From the NCBI GenBank assembly GCA_964520615.1, contig CAZFNL010000099.1, positions 1-55,038 of the forward strand: a stretch of DNA of 55,038 nt. The letters run 5' to 3'. A program made the position numbers and the translations under genes. The stretch is from an uncultured Gammaproteobacteria bacterium. GTDB lineage: Bacteria; Patescibacteriota; Microgenomatia; 2-02-FULL-39-11. Numbering within the stretch: position 1 is the stretch's first letter; each line of letters opens with the position of its first letter. Positions 9,016-17,154 of this stretch are shown one piece after another. The notes under the pieces are model-generated. The model worked only from the letters and a program-made list of their open reading frames with translations, did no database searches and was not told the DNA's origin.

Positions 9016-10095
9016 ATGGATCAACAAAAAATTGTTGAAAACACAGGTTTGACTTTTGACGATGTTCTTCTTTTGCCAAACTATACACAGGTGAAAAGAG
9101 AGGATATCGATATTTCTTCAAGATTGGCTGGTAATATACGGCTTGATATTCCCATTCTTTCTTCCCCAATGGATACTGTAACCACATCCAAACTTGCTAT
9201 AGCTTTTGGGAAGCTAGGTGGTCTTGGAGTAATCCACAGAAACCTGTCGATTGAAAAACAGGTAAAAGAGGTAAAGACAGTAAAAAATGTAGGTCTTTTT
9301 GCTGCGGCGGCTGTTGGAGTGGGTGACGATTTTAAGGAGAGAGTTAGGGGTTTAAGTGAAGCTGGGGTTGACGTTTTAGTTGTTGATAGCGCCCAAGGTT
9401 TTTCCAAGTGGGTAATTGAAGCGACAAGTTTTATTGCTAATGAGTATAAAAACATCGCTCTTATATCCGGAAGTATAGCAACTGCTGCTGGAGCAAAAGC
9501 TCTTATTGAAGCAGGAGCTCAGGCGATCCGAGTTGGTATGGGTCCGGGTTCAATCTGTACAACAAGAATCGTAGCCGGTATGGGAGTGCCACAGATTACG
9601 GCAGTTTTAGAAACTGTGTCTATTGCAAAAAGGTTTAACATACCTGTTATTTCTGACGGGGGCTTGCGCTTTTCAGGAGATATTGTAAAAGCATTGGCAG
9701 CAGGAGCTTCTACTGTCATGGCCGGTTCTCTTTTTGCCGGATGTACCGAATCACCGGGAAAAGTGGTGACTATAAACGGACAAAAATATAAAAAATACAG
9801 AGGGATGGGGTCTGTAGCCGCAATGATTGATGGAAGCAGTTCGCGCTACGGACAAGAATACAGGCGTGGTCAGGAAAAAAAGCTAGTTGCAGAAGGTGTA
9901 GAAGGTGCAGTACCTATAAAAGGTGGCGTTGAAGACGTTGTGACACAACTTGTAGGAGGTTTGCGTGCCGGCATGTATTATGCGGGGGTAAAAAATATTT
10001 CCGAGCTTCAAGAGAATTCAAGACTGATGCGTATTACACAATCTTCTCTTGTCGAGAGCCATCCGCATGATATTGTGATGAATGATGAATTATGA
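9016..10095 (+). CDS. guaB: IMP dehydrogenase lacking CBS domains
   Basis: GLTFDDVLL, SPMDTVT, GPGSICTTR catalytic Cys, YRGMGS, EGVEG; only 359 aa. Confidence 0.9.
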   Translation: MDQQKIVENTGLTFDDVLLLPNYTQVKREDIDISSRLAGNIRLDIPILSSPMDTVTTSKLAIAFGKLGGLGVIHRNLSIEKQVKEVKTVKNVGLFAAAAVGVGDDFKERVRGLSEAGVDVLVVDSAQGFSKWVIEATSFIANEYKNIALISGSIATAAGAKALIEAGAQAIRVGMGPGSICTTRIVAGMGVPQITAVLETVSIAKRFNIPVISDGGLRFSGDIVKALAAGASTVMAGSLFAGCTESPGKVVTINGQKYKKYRGMGSVAAMIDGSSSRYGQEYRRGQEKKLVAEGVEGAVPIKGGVEDVVTQLVGGLRAGMYYAGVKNISELQENSRLMRITQSSLVESHPHDIVMNDEL

Positions 10096-10167
10096 AGTTT
10101 ATAAGAGTTATTAATTATTTGTTTATCATTCTTAATTCTTGATTCCTGATTCATAATTCAATTTCAT

Positions 10168-11736
10168 ATGATTCTCATAATCGATTTTGGATCTCAGACA
10201 TGTCACCTTATAGGTAGGCGTATCCGCGAAATGGGAGTGGCAGTGCAAATAGTTTTACCAAAGAGAGCTGTTTACAAAATAAAAGAATTTAAACCAAATG
10301 GAATAATTCTCTCAGGCGGACCTTCATCAGTTTATGGGGAGAATGCCCTTCTACCAGACCCAAAAATTTTCCAGGCTAAAATTCCCGTATTGGGAATTTG
10401 TTACGGCTTGCAGATTATGGGTCAGCAGCTTAAGGGAAAGGTGATGCCGGGAAAGAAAAAAGAATACGGTCCAACCAGTTTTACTCTCACAAAAAATAAT
10501 TCACTTTTTGCTGGATGGGAAAAAAAGAAAAAAAACTTTACAGTTTGGATGAGCCATTTTGATCAAGTGTTAAACCCCCCGGAGGGAGCTTCTATTACCG
10601 GTTCTACACACTCAGTGGAAGTGGCTGCATTTGCAGATGAAAAAAGAAAATTTTATGGGATTCAATTCCATCCCGAGGTTCATCATACAGAGTACGGTTC
10701 CGACATTTTGAAAAATTTTGTTATCCGTATATGTAAAGAAAATCCTTCAGGAGACAAGTCGACTTTAACAGGATTACGGCCTGAGGAAAAAAAACTTCAA
10801 AAATTTATTAGTGAGAAAATTACAGAACTAAAGAAACAAATAGGAAATGATAAAGTAGTTTGTGCCCTTTCCGGAGGTATTGATTCCAGTGTGGCGGCGT
10901 ATCTTACATACCAGGCAATTGGTAAAAACCTGACATGTTTTTATGTAGATACAGGACTTATGCGTTTCGGGGAGACGGAGGAGATAAGAGATACTTTTAA
11001 GAATAAATTAAAGTTGCCTGTTAAAGTTATAAACGCTGAAAGAGATTTTTTGAGAATATTGAGAGGAGTTGTTGATCCTGAAGAGAAAAGAAAGGCAATT
11101 GGGGAAACATTTATAAGAGTGTTTGAGAGAGAATCAAAAAAGTCGGGCGCAAAAATATTGGTTCAGGGGACCATATATCCTGATGTGATAGAAAGTAAAG
11201 GTACAAAGCACGCCCAGAAAATTAAAACTCATCACAATGTAGGAGGAATTCCTGCAAAACACGGTTTCCGTATAGTTGAACCTCTAAGAACATTGTATAA
11301 GGATGAAGTTCGCGATATAGCAAAGACTCTGAGATTTCCTAAAGAAATGATTTCCCGGCATGTTTTTCCAGGTCCCGGACTGGGAGTTAGGGTTATTGGT
11401 GAGGTGACAAAAGAAAAACTGGAGATTTTGAGAAAAGCCGACCGGATCGTGATTGAAGAGATAAAAAAGGCCGGGCTATATGAGAATATATGGATGGCTT
11501 TTGCCATACTGACAGGTGTCAAATCAACAGGTGTTGCAGGGGATGAAAGAAAATACGGAGAAACAATCGCCGTAAGAGCTATTGAGTCAAAAGACACCAT
11601 GACTGCCGACTGGGTGCGATTGCCATATGATGTTCTAGCTAGGATTTCAGAAAGAATTGTCACCGAGGTTTTTGAAGTAGTTCGCGTAGTTTACGACATC
11701 ACTACCAAACCCCCGGCGACAATGGAGTGGGAATGA
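10168..11736 (+). CDS. guaA: GMP synthase (glutamine-hydrolysing)
   Basis: DFGSQ, GICYG, QFHPEV, SGGIDS, KPPATMEWE. Confidence 0.97.
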   Translation: MILIIDFGSQTCHLIGRRIREMGVAVQIVLPKRAVYKIKEFKPNGIILSGGPSSVYGENALLPDPKIFQAKIPVLGICYGLQIMGQQLKGKVMPGKKKEYGPTSFTLTKNNSLFAGWEKKKKNFTVWMSHFDQVLNPPEGASITGSTHSVEVAAFADEKRKFYGIQFHPEVHHTEYGSDILKNFVIRICKENPSGDKSTLTGLRPEEKKLQKFISEKITELKKQIGNDKVVCALSGGIDSSVAAYLTYQAIGKNLTCFYVDTGLMRFGETEEIRDTFKNKLKLPVKVINAERDFLRILRGVVDPEEKRKAIGETFIRVFERESKKSGAKILVQGTIYPDVIESKGTKHAQKIKTHHNVGGIPAKHGFRIVEPLRTLYKDEVRDIAKTLRFPKEMISRHVFPGPGLGVRVIGEVTKEKLEILRKADRIVIEEIKKAGLYENIWMAFAILTGVKSTGVAGDERKYGETIAVRAIESKDTMTADWVRLPYDVLARISERIVTEVFEVVRVVYDITTKPPATMEWE

Positions 11737-11737
11737 T

Positions 11738-12331
11738 ATGAGATTATTTGTTGCAATTGAAATACCGGTAGACATCAGAGATGATATAGAAAAATCACTT
11801 CACCCACTTTTTTTACGGTTTCCGCAGGTTTCCTGGACGAAGAAGGAAAATATCCACCTGACGCTAAAATTCTTGGGCAACATAAATCCTGATTTGAAAA
11901 TCGCAAAATTAAAAGCGAAGAACCCTAAAGAATTATTGGAAATGATAGACGCCGCAACAGGAAAAAGTGTTGAAAGCATACAACAGTTTGATGTCACTTT
12001 TGACAAAATTGGTTATTTTTCCAGAGAGCAGTTTATCGTTTGGTTGGGAGCAAACGCAAACCATAATTTATCGAGATTGGTGCAGAATCTTGATGATAAT
12101 CTTGCGGTATTAGATTTTGAAAGGGAGAAAAGAAAATATAATCCACATATTACCTTAGGTCGTGGAAGACATATTGGAGGTAATAGGCAAGAAGAATTAA
12201 AATATACTATTCTAAATCAAAAATTCCAACTTCCGGAAAAATTTTCAGTAAGTGGAATTTCACTTGTTGATAGTACATTGACTTCCTCAGGGCCAATCTA
12301 TAAAACCCTAAATACGTACAAAATGGCTTAA
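11738..12331 (+). CDS. thpR: 2H phosphoesterase, RNA 2',3'-cyclic phosphodiesterase (LigT/ThpR)
   Basis: MRLFVAI, HLTLKFLG, PHITLGR, GPIY. Confidence 0.9.
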   Translation: MRLFVAIEIPVDIRDDIEKSLHPLFLRFPQVSWTKKENIHLTLKFLGNINPDLKIAKLKAKNPKELLEMIDAATGKSVESIQQFDVTFDKIGYFSREQFIVWLGANANHNLSRLVQNLDDNLAVLDFEREKRKYNPHITLGRGRHIGGNRQEELKYTILNQKFQLPEKFSVSGISLVDSTLTSSGPIYKTLNTYKMA

Positions 12332-12434
12332 AAAGCTGATAAATACCATAACATAATTTGTTTATTAGACGGCTACAGAAGGAAAACTGTAATTGCATTA
12401 TTATCAGTAAGGTATATAATTGGTACTATCAAAA

Positions 12435-13004
12435 ATGATTCGCAGATTATTTATAGCCATATTCTGTCTGCTTTTTATCTTTATTTTTCCCCAGGTTTCT
12501 GCTTATGCTGCTTTATCAAAGACACCCGAGGCGCCCATTCCCAGTATCACTCTTACCCCTACACCCACTGTAGAATATACATTGCCTTATCCAGGAATCT
12601 TACCTGATAATCCTTTATACTTTCTTAAAGTACTTCGAGATCATATACTGCTTTTTTTCACCAAAGATCCGGTTAGAAAGGTACAACTTAATCTCCTTTT
12701 TTCTGACAAACGGCTGGTTATGGGTAGGGAGTTATGGGACAAGAATGAATACGGATTGAGTATCGATACTATTACCAAAGGAGAAAAATACCTCCTGACT
12801 GCCGCTGTAGAATTAAACGATATAAAAAAGACGGGAGATTTGCCCCCGGGATTGGCTGATAAACTGGATTTGGCAGCAAAAAAACATGAGGAAACAATAA
12901 ACGGAATTATCGCTAACGGTAGCGATAAAAATTACGGTCAAAGGTTGTCAGATGCCTTAGGTGTTACTCATCAGGCGATACAACAGATTGCTGCCTCAAG
13001 GTGA
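12435..13004 (+). CDS. secreted/membrane-anchored DUF5667-like protein (CPR-typical)
   Basis: Signal/TM segment, then YTLPYPGILPDNPLYFLKVLRD. Confidence 0.7.
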   Translation: MIRRLFIAIFCLLFIFIFPQVSAYAALSKTPEAPIPSITLTPTPTVEYTLPYPGILPDNPLYFLKVLRDHILLFFTKDPVRKVQLNLLFSDKRLVMGRELWDKNEYGLSIDTITKGEKYLLTAAVELNDIKKTGDLPPGLADKLDLAAKKHEETINGIIANGSDKNYGQRLSDALGVTHQAIQQIAASR

Positions 13005-13156
13005 TATTAACTGTTTTTTGGATACAATAATTTTCCAACTGAAAAAGTGTTTTCACAAACGGAAAAGAAAGATTAAAGAAAACACGGCCATTATAAGAAA
13101 AAAAATTTTCCTGAGGCTGTTTTTTAATCTGATATCGTTTGATATATTTTGTCTTC

Positions 13157-13209
13157 TTGACAGTGTCTATTTAGTGTCATAGTATTGTTTTGAACACTAT
13201 AGATAGGGT
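13157..13209 (+). promoter_or_regulatory. nrdR-nrdJ promoter with tandem NrdR boxes
   Basis: TTGACA(13157)-17-TAGTAT(13180). Box 2 ACACTATAGATAGGGT (13194-13209) matches 14/16 of acaCwAtATaTwGtgt; a weaker box AGTGTCTATTTAGTGT (13162-13177) lies 32 nt upstream, the usual tandem spacing. A further half-site is at 13318-13333. Confidence 0.75.
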
Positions 13210-13371
13210 TGAAAATTTTTCACGCAAATGCGTGTTTTTTATGCGCCAAAAACGACTAAATATAACCAAAATATTACTGAAAATACTGGATTTTATACTA
13301 TAAACTAGCCACTAGAAGTTAAAGATATAGTGTAAGACAGATTTTTTGATAAGAAAGTTAATAAATAAAAA

Positions 13372-13818
13372 ATGAAATGTCCGTTTTGTAGCAATAACGA
13401 TACAGAGGTTGTTGAAACAAGAGATAGTGAAGATCTGGGTACAACCAGAAGGAGAAGGGAATGCAGTAAATGTTCGAAAAGGTTTACCACATACGAAAGA
13501 GTGGAAAGTGTTCCTATAATTGTCATAAAAAAAGACGGGAGAAAAGAACAGTTTGACAGAGATAAATTAAAACACGGGATAATAAAATCTTGCGAAAAGA
13601 CGCTTGTTGGAATAGAAGATATAGATCGGATTACAGATGAGATAGAAAGGGAACTGAGAGGTTTGGATACGACAGAGGTTGACAGTAAAAAAATAGGCCA
13701 GCTGGTTGCAAGCAAACTGAAGAAAGTGGATAAGATTGCGTATATAAGGTTCGCGTCAGTTTTCAGAAGATTTGTAGATTTGGAAGATTTTGAGAGAGAG
13801 TTGAATAAACTGTTGTAA
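13372..13818 (+). CDS. nrdR: ribonucleotide reductase repressor NrdR
   Basis: MKCPFC Zn ribbon, RRRREC..C..RFTTYE, ATP cone, AYIRFASV. Confidence 0.97.
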   Translation: MKCPFCSNNDTEVVETRDSEDLGTTRRRRECSKCSKRFTTYERVESVPIIVIKKDGRKEQFDRDKLKHGIIKSCEKTLVGIEDIDRITDEIERELRGLDTTEVDSKKIGQLVASKLKKVDKIAYIRFASVFRRFVDLEDFERELNKLL

Positions 13819-13869
13819 ATAGTCTTATGTTTTATCAGTCATTATTAAGATTTAACTTACATTAAAAGT

Positions 13870-16200
13870 ATGAAATTGACAGGCATCCGCGAACAGGTCT
13901 TCTTAGATCGTTACTCCTTAAAAGACGATAAAGGTAATCCTCAGGAAAAAACCCCGGAAGAATTATGGAAAAGAGTGGCCAGAGGTGTGGTAGAGATGGA
14001 AAAACCTGAAGAAAGAAAATCGTGGGAGAAGAAGTTTTACGATGCTATGGAAAATTTCAAACTTGTTCCTGGAGGAAGGATACTATCAGGAGCAGGAACA
14101 GGATATAAAGTAACTTATTACAATTGTTTTGTTATTCCTTCTCCAAAAGACTCACGTGATGGAATACTGGAAACACTAAAGCAAATGGTTGAGATTATGG
14201 CTCGAGGAGGAGGGGTGGGCATAAACCTTTCATCCTTGCGGCCGCGTGGTTCCCGTGTCAAGAAGGTGAACGGATTTTCTTCAGGCCCATGCAATTGGGC
14301 TGAGCTTTTTTCGGTAGCAACAAAAGATATCATCCAGCAGGGAGGAACAAGACGTGGAGCCCTCATGCTTATGTTGTGGGATTGGCATCCGGATATTGAG
14401 GAATTTATTACCGTCAAAAGAGATCTGTCCAGAATAAACGGTGCCAACCTTTCGGTTTGTGTTTCTGACAAATTTATGGATGCGGTAAAAAAAGATGGTG
14501 ATTGGGATCTGGTGTTCCCAGATATAAATGATAAGGAATATGACACCAAGTGGGATGGTTATCTGGATAATTGGTTAAAACTTGGGAAAAAAGTGAGAGT
14601 TGTGAAGACTGTAAAGGCTAGGAAAATCTGGGATATGATAGCCGAAGCTGCTTGGGCTTCAGCAGAGCCGGGTGTGGTATTTATGGAGAGATATAATAAA
14701 TGGTTTAATAATTGGTATTTCAATAAAATAAACTGCGTAAATCCTTGTGGTGAAGAAGGTCTACCCGCTTGGGGAGTCTGTAATCTTTGCTCAATAAATC
14801 TGGCTTCACTTGTTGATGAGGAAGGAAGGATAGATTTCAAGCAAATGGCAGAAATCGCCAAAGTTGGCGTCAGGTTTCAGGATGACATAATTGATGCTGA
14901 TGCTTACGTATTTCCCCAGATAAGGGAAGTGCAACAAAACGGTGAAAGACGTATCGGTTTGGGCACGATGGGGTTGGGAGATGCCCTGATAAAAATGAAG
15001 ATCAGATACGGATCCGACGAGTCAATCAAAATAATAGATAAAATCTACCGGACAATAAGGGATGCTGCTTACGAGTCTTCAATTGAGATAGCCAAAGAAA
15101 AAGGATCATTTCCCAAACTTGATACAAAGAAACATCTTAAAGGCTATTTTATCAAGCAGTTGCCCAAGAAAATTAGGGACGGAATAAAAAAATGGGGCAT
15201 AAGGAATTCAGTTCTTCTGCAGCAAGCGCCAACAGGTTCCACGTCGCTTCTGGCCGGAGTATCCTCGGGAATTGAGCCTGTTTATGAGTTTTCGTTCATC
15301 AGGCGTGACAGACTGGGAGAGCATAGGCTTTATCATCCGCTGTTTGAAGAATGGAAAAAGAAAAATCCCAATGATCCTATTCCCCAATATTTTGTCTCAG
15401 CCAATGATTTGTCTCCTGAAGATCATGTAAAGGTGCAGGCTGCCATCCAGAAATATGTGGATGCTTCTATCTCGAAGACTGTAAACGCCCCAAAAACGCA
15501 TACCGTAGCCGACGTCCAGAAACTTTACCGTCTGGCTTATGATCTGGGTTGTAAAGGGATGACATATATGAGAGATGGTAGCAGGCCGGGAGTGTTGGAG
15601 AGAGTTACCGAAAAAGTCGAAGAGAAGAAGGAAGAAAAACACAATGGAGAAGCAAAAGCTCAGATAAAATCAAGGCCGATGATGGTAAATGGAGCTACAT
15701 ATCAGATCGATACACCAGTCGGAGCGGCCTTTGTCACCATAAATACCGGTGAAAGTAATGAACCGTTGGAAATCTTTATTAATGTCGGAAAGGCAGGATC
15801 TGACGTCACTGCCATGGCGGAAGCTATGGGTAGGTTGGCTTCATTGGTACTGAGGATGCAGTCCAACGTTCCATCTGGTGAAAGAGCCAAACAGATATTC
15901 AATCAGCTTATCGGTATTGGCGGATCAAAATCTTTGGGATTTGGTGATAAAAAAGTAAGGTCACTGCCGGATGCTGTTGCCAAAGTGCTGGCAATGCATT
16001 TTGGTTACAAGATAAAAAACGGAAATGGCGTAGCGCATAACCAGATACAAAATGGCATGACGACAATATCAGTCCTGACACAGCAGCCGTTACTAGCCGA
16101 AAAGTCAGACTATGATTTATGTCCCTCATGTGGAGAGGCATCGTTGGCTTTTGAGGAAGGTTGTAAAAAGTGTTATAGCTGCGGGTATAGCGAATGTTAA
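13870..16200 (+). CDS. nrdJ: class II (adenosylcobalamin-dependent) ribonucleotide reductase with C-terminal TSCPD/Zn-ribbon
   Basis: NCFV, GGGVG, NPCGE, CNL, APTGSTS, QKYVDASISKTVN, C-terminal CPSC...CKKC..C; no NrdB; next to pduO and a B12 riboswitch. Confidence 0.92.
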   Translation: MKLTGIREQVFLDRYSLKDDKGNPQEKTPEELWKRVARGVVEMEKPEERKSWEKKFYDAMENFKLVPGGRILSGAGTGYKVTYYNCFVIPSPKDSRDGILETLKQMVEIMARGGGVGINLSSLRPRGSRVKKVNGFSSGPCNWAELFSVATKDIIQQGGTRRGALMLMLWDWHPDIEEFITVKRDLSRINGANLSVCVSDKFMDAVKKDGDWDLVFPDINDKEYDTKWDGYLDNWLKLGKKVRVVKTVKARKIWDMIAEAAWASAEPGVVFMERYNKWFNNWYFNKINCVNPCGEEGLPAWGVCNLCSINLASLVDEEGRIDFKQMAEIAKVGVRFQDDIIDADAYVFPQIREVQQNGERRIGLGTMGLGDALIKMKIRYGSDESIKIIDKIYRTIRDAAYESSIEIAKEKGSFPKLDTKKHLKGYFIKQLPKKIRDGIKKWGIRNSVLLQQAPTGSTSLLAGVSSGIEPVYEFSFIRRDRLGEHRLYHPLFEEWKKKNPNDPIPQYFVSANDLSPEDHVKVQAAIQKYVDASISKTVNAPKTHTVADVQKLYRLAYDLGCKGMTYMRDGSRPGVLERVTEKVEEKKEEKHNGEAKAQIKSRPMMVNGATYQIDTPVGAAFVTINTGESNEPLEIFINVGKAGSDVTAMAEAMGRLASLVLRMQSNVPSGERAKQIFNQLIGIGGSKSLGFGDKKVRSLPDAVAKVLAMHFGYKIKNGNGVAHNQIQNGMTTISVLTQQPLLAEKSDYDLCPSCGEASLAFEEGCKKCYSCGYSEC

Positions 16201-16230
16201 GTTGCTCTATACACAAGAACAGGCGGTTAC

Positions 16231-16815
16231 GTGAAAAGCAAAAACTCCCAACGAAGTATTAAAATCAGTAATAGAGTAAAGATATACACACGTACTGGTG
16301 ATGACGGAAAAACCTCTCTATACGGTGGTACAAGGGTTGAGAAACATAATTTACGGGTTGTTGCCTATGGTACAGTTGATGAGCTCAATTCTGTAGTTGG
16401 AGTTCTTATCTCCCATTTAGAAAAAGAGAAGAAACTTTCCGATTTTTTCCGTAAAGTACAGTCCGATTTACTCTCAATTGGTTCGCATCTGGCGCTTGGA
16501 AAAACCGATTTGGTTAACATAAAGGGGCGTGATAGTGAAATGGAAGAGTTGATTGATGGTATAGATGAAAAACTTGAACCATTGAAAAATTTTATATTGC
16601 CGGGAGGCACAAGAGCCGCATCGTTTTCCCATCTTGCTCGATCTGTCTGCCGTAGAGCTGAGAGGGAAGTAGTGCGACTTTATAATAGAGAACACAATGT
16701 TGACAGATTAGTTTTGGTGTACTTAAATAGATTGTCGGATCTTTTTTTTGAGACAGCAAGATATCTCAATAAGGTGACAAAAGTAAAAGAGGATATCTGG
16801 TTGAGTACGAAGTAA
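16231..16815 (+). CDS. pduO: PduO-type ATP:cob(I)alamin adenosyltransferase
   Basis: KIYTRTGDDG, AYGTVDELNS, FILPGG, CRRAER, YLNRLSD. Confidence 0.93.
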   Translation: MKSKNSQRSIKISNRVKIYTRTGDDGKTSLYGGTRVEKHNLRVVAYGTVDELNSVVGVLISHLEKEKKLSDFFRKVQSDLLSIGSHLALGKTDLVNIKGRDSEMEELIDGIDEKLEPLKNFILPGGTRAASFSHLARSVCRRAEREVVRLYNREHNVDRLVLVYLNRLSDLFFETARYLNKVTKVKEDIWLSTK

Positions 16816-16828
16816 ATTAACAATTCTA

Positions 16829-16992
16829 TTGGAGGAAAAGAGGAACCCTGTGACCCCACTTCGCGTAAAGCTACGCGGGGTTAGGAATTCGGGGGCTGTG
16901 CCGCAACCGTGAAAGGCCGCCTTCGCTCGATTAGATCGGGCTTCGGCAAGCCAAAGCCGGGAACTCCCCTTCAAGTCTATCCCGAGCAGGAA
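16829..16992 (+). promoter_or_regulatory. cobalamin riboswitch (compact form with inserted hairpins)
   Basis: AAAAGAGGAA-CCCTG..CGGGG-GCTG-TGCCGCA-ACCGTGA...AAGCCGG-GAACTC B12-box pattern; closing helix TTGGAGG/CCTTCAA; candidate kissing hairpin TCC-CGAGCA-GGA at 16980-16991. Confidence 0.8.
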
Positions 16993-17092
16993 AGTAATAA
17001 ATCAACATACAATACAATTATCCAATCAATCAATAAATACAAATAATCTGCTTGTTTGAAATTGGGTAACTTGAGAATTAGTTGATCATTTT

Positions 17093-17118
17093 AACCCTCT
17101 TGAGATAGAGGGTTTTTT
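17093..17118 (+). terminator. intrinsic terminator downstream of the cobalamin riboswitch
   Basis: AACCCTCT-TGAGAT-AGAGGGTT-TTTT. Confidence 0.8.
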
Positions 17119-17154
17119 ATTGGCTTAAATGAAAATGAGTCTCTTTAAGTTTTT

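Noticed and set aside
16723-16974. 83-aa minus-strand ORF
   Set aside because: Antisense to the pduO end and the cobalamin riboswitch
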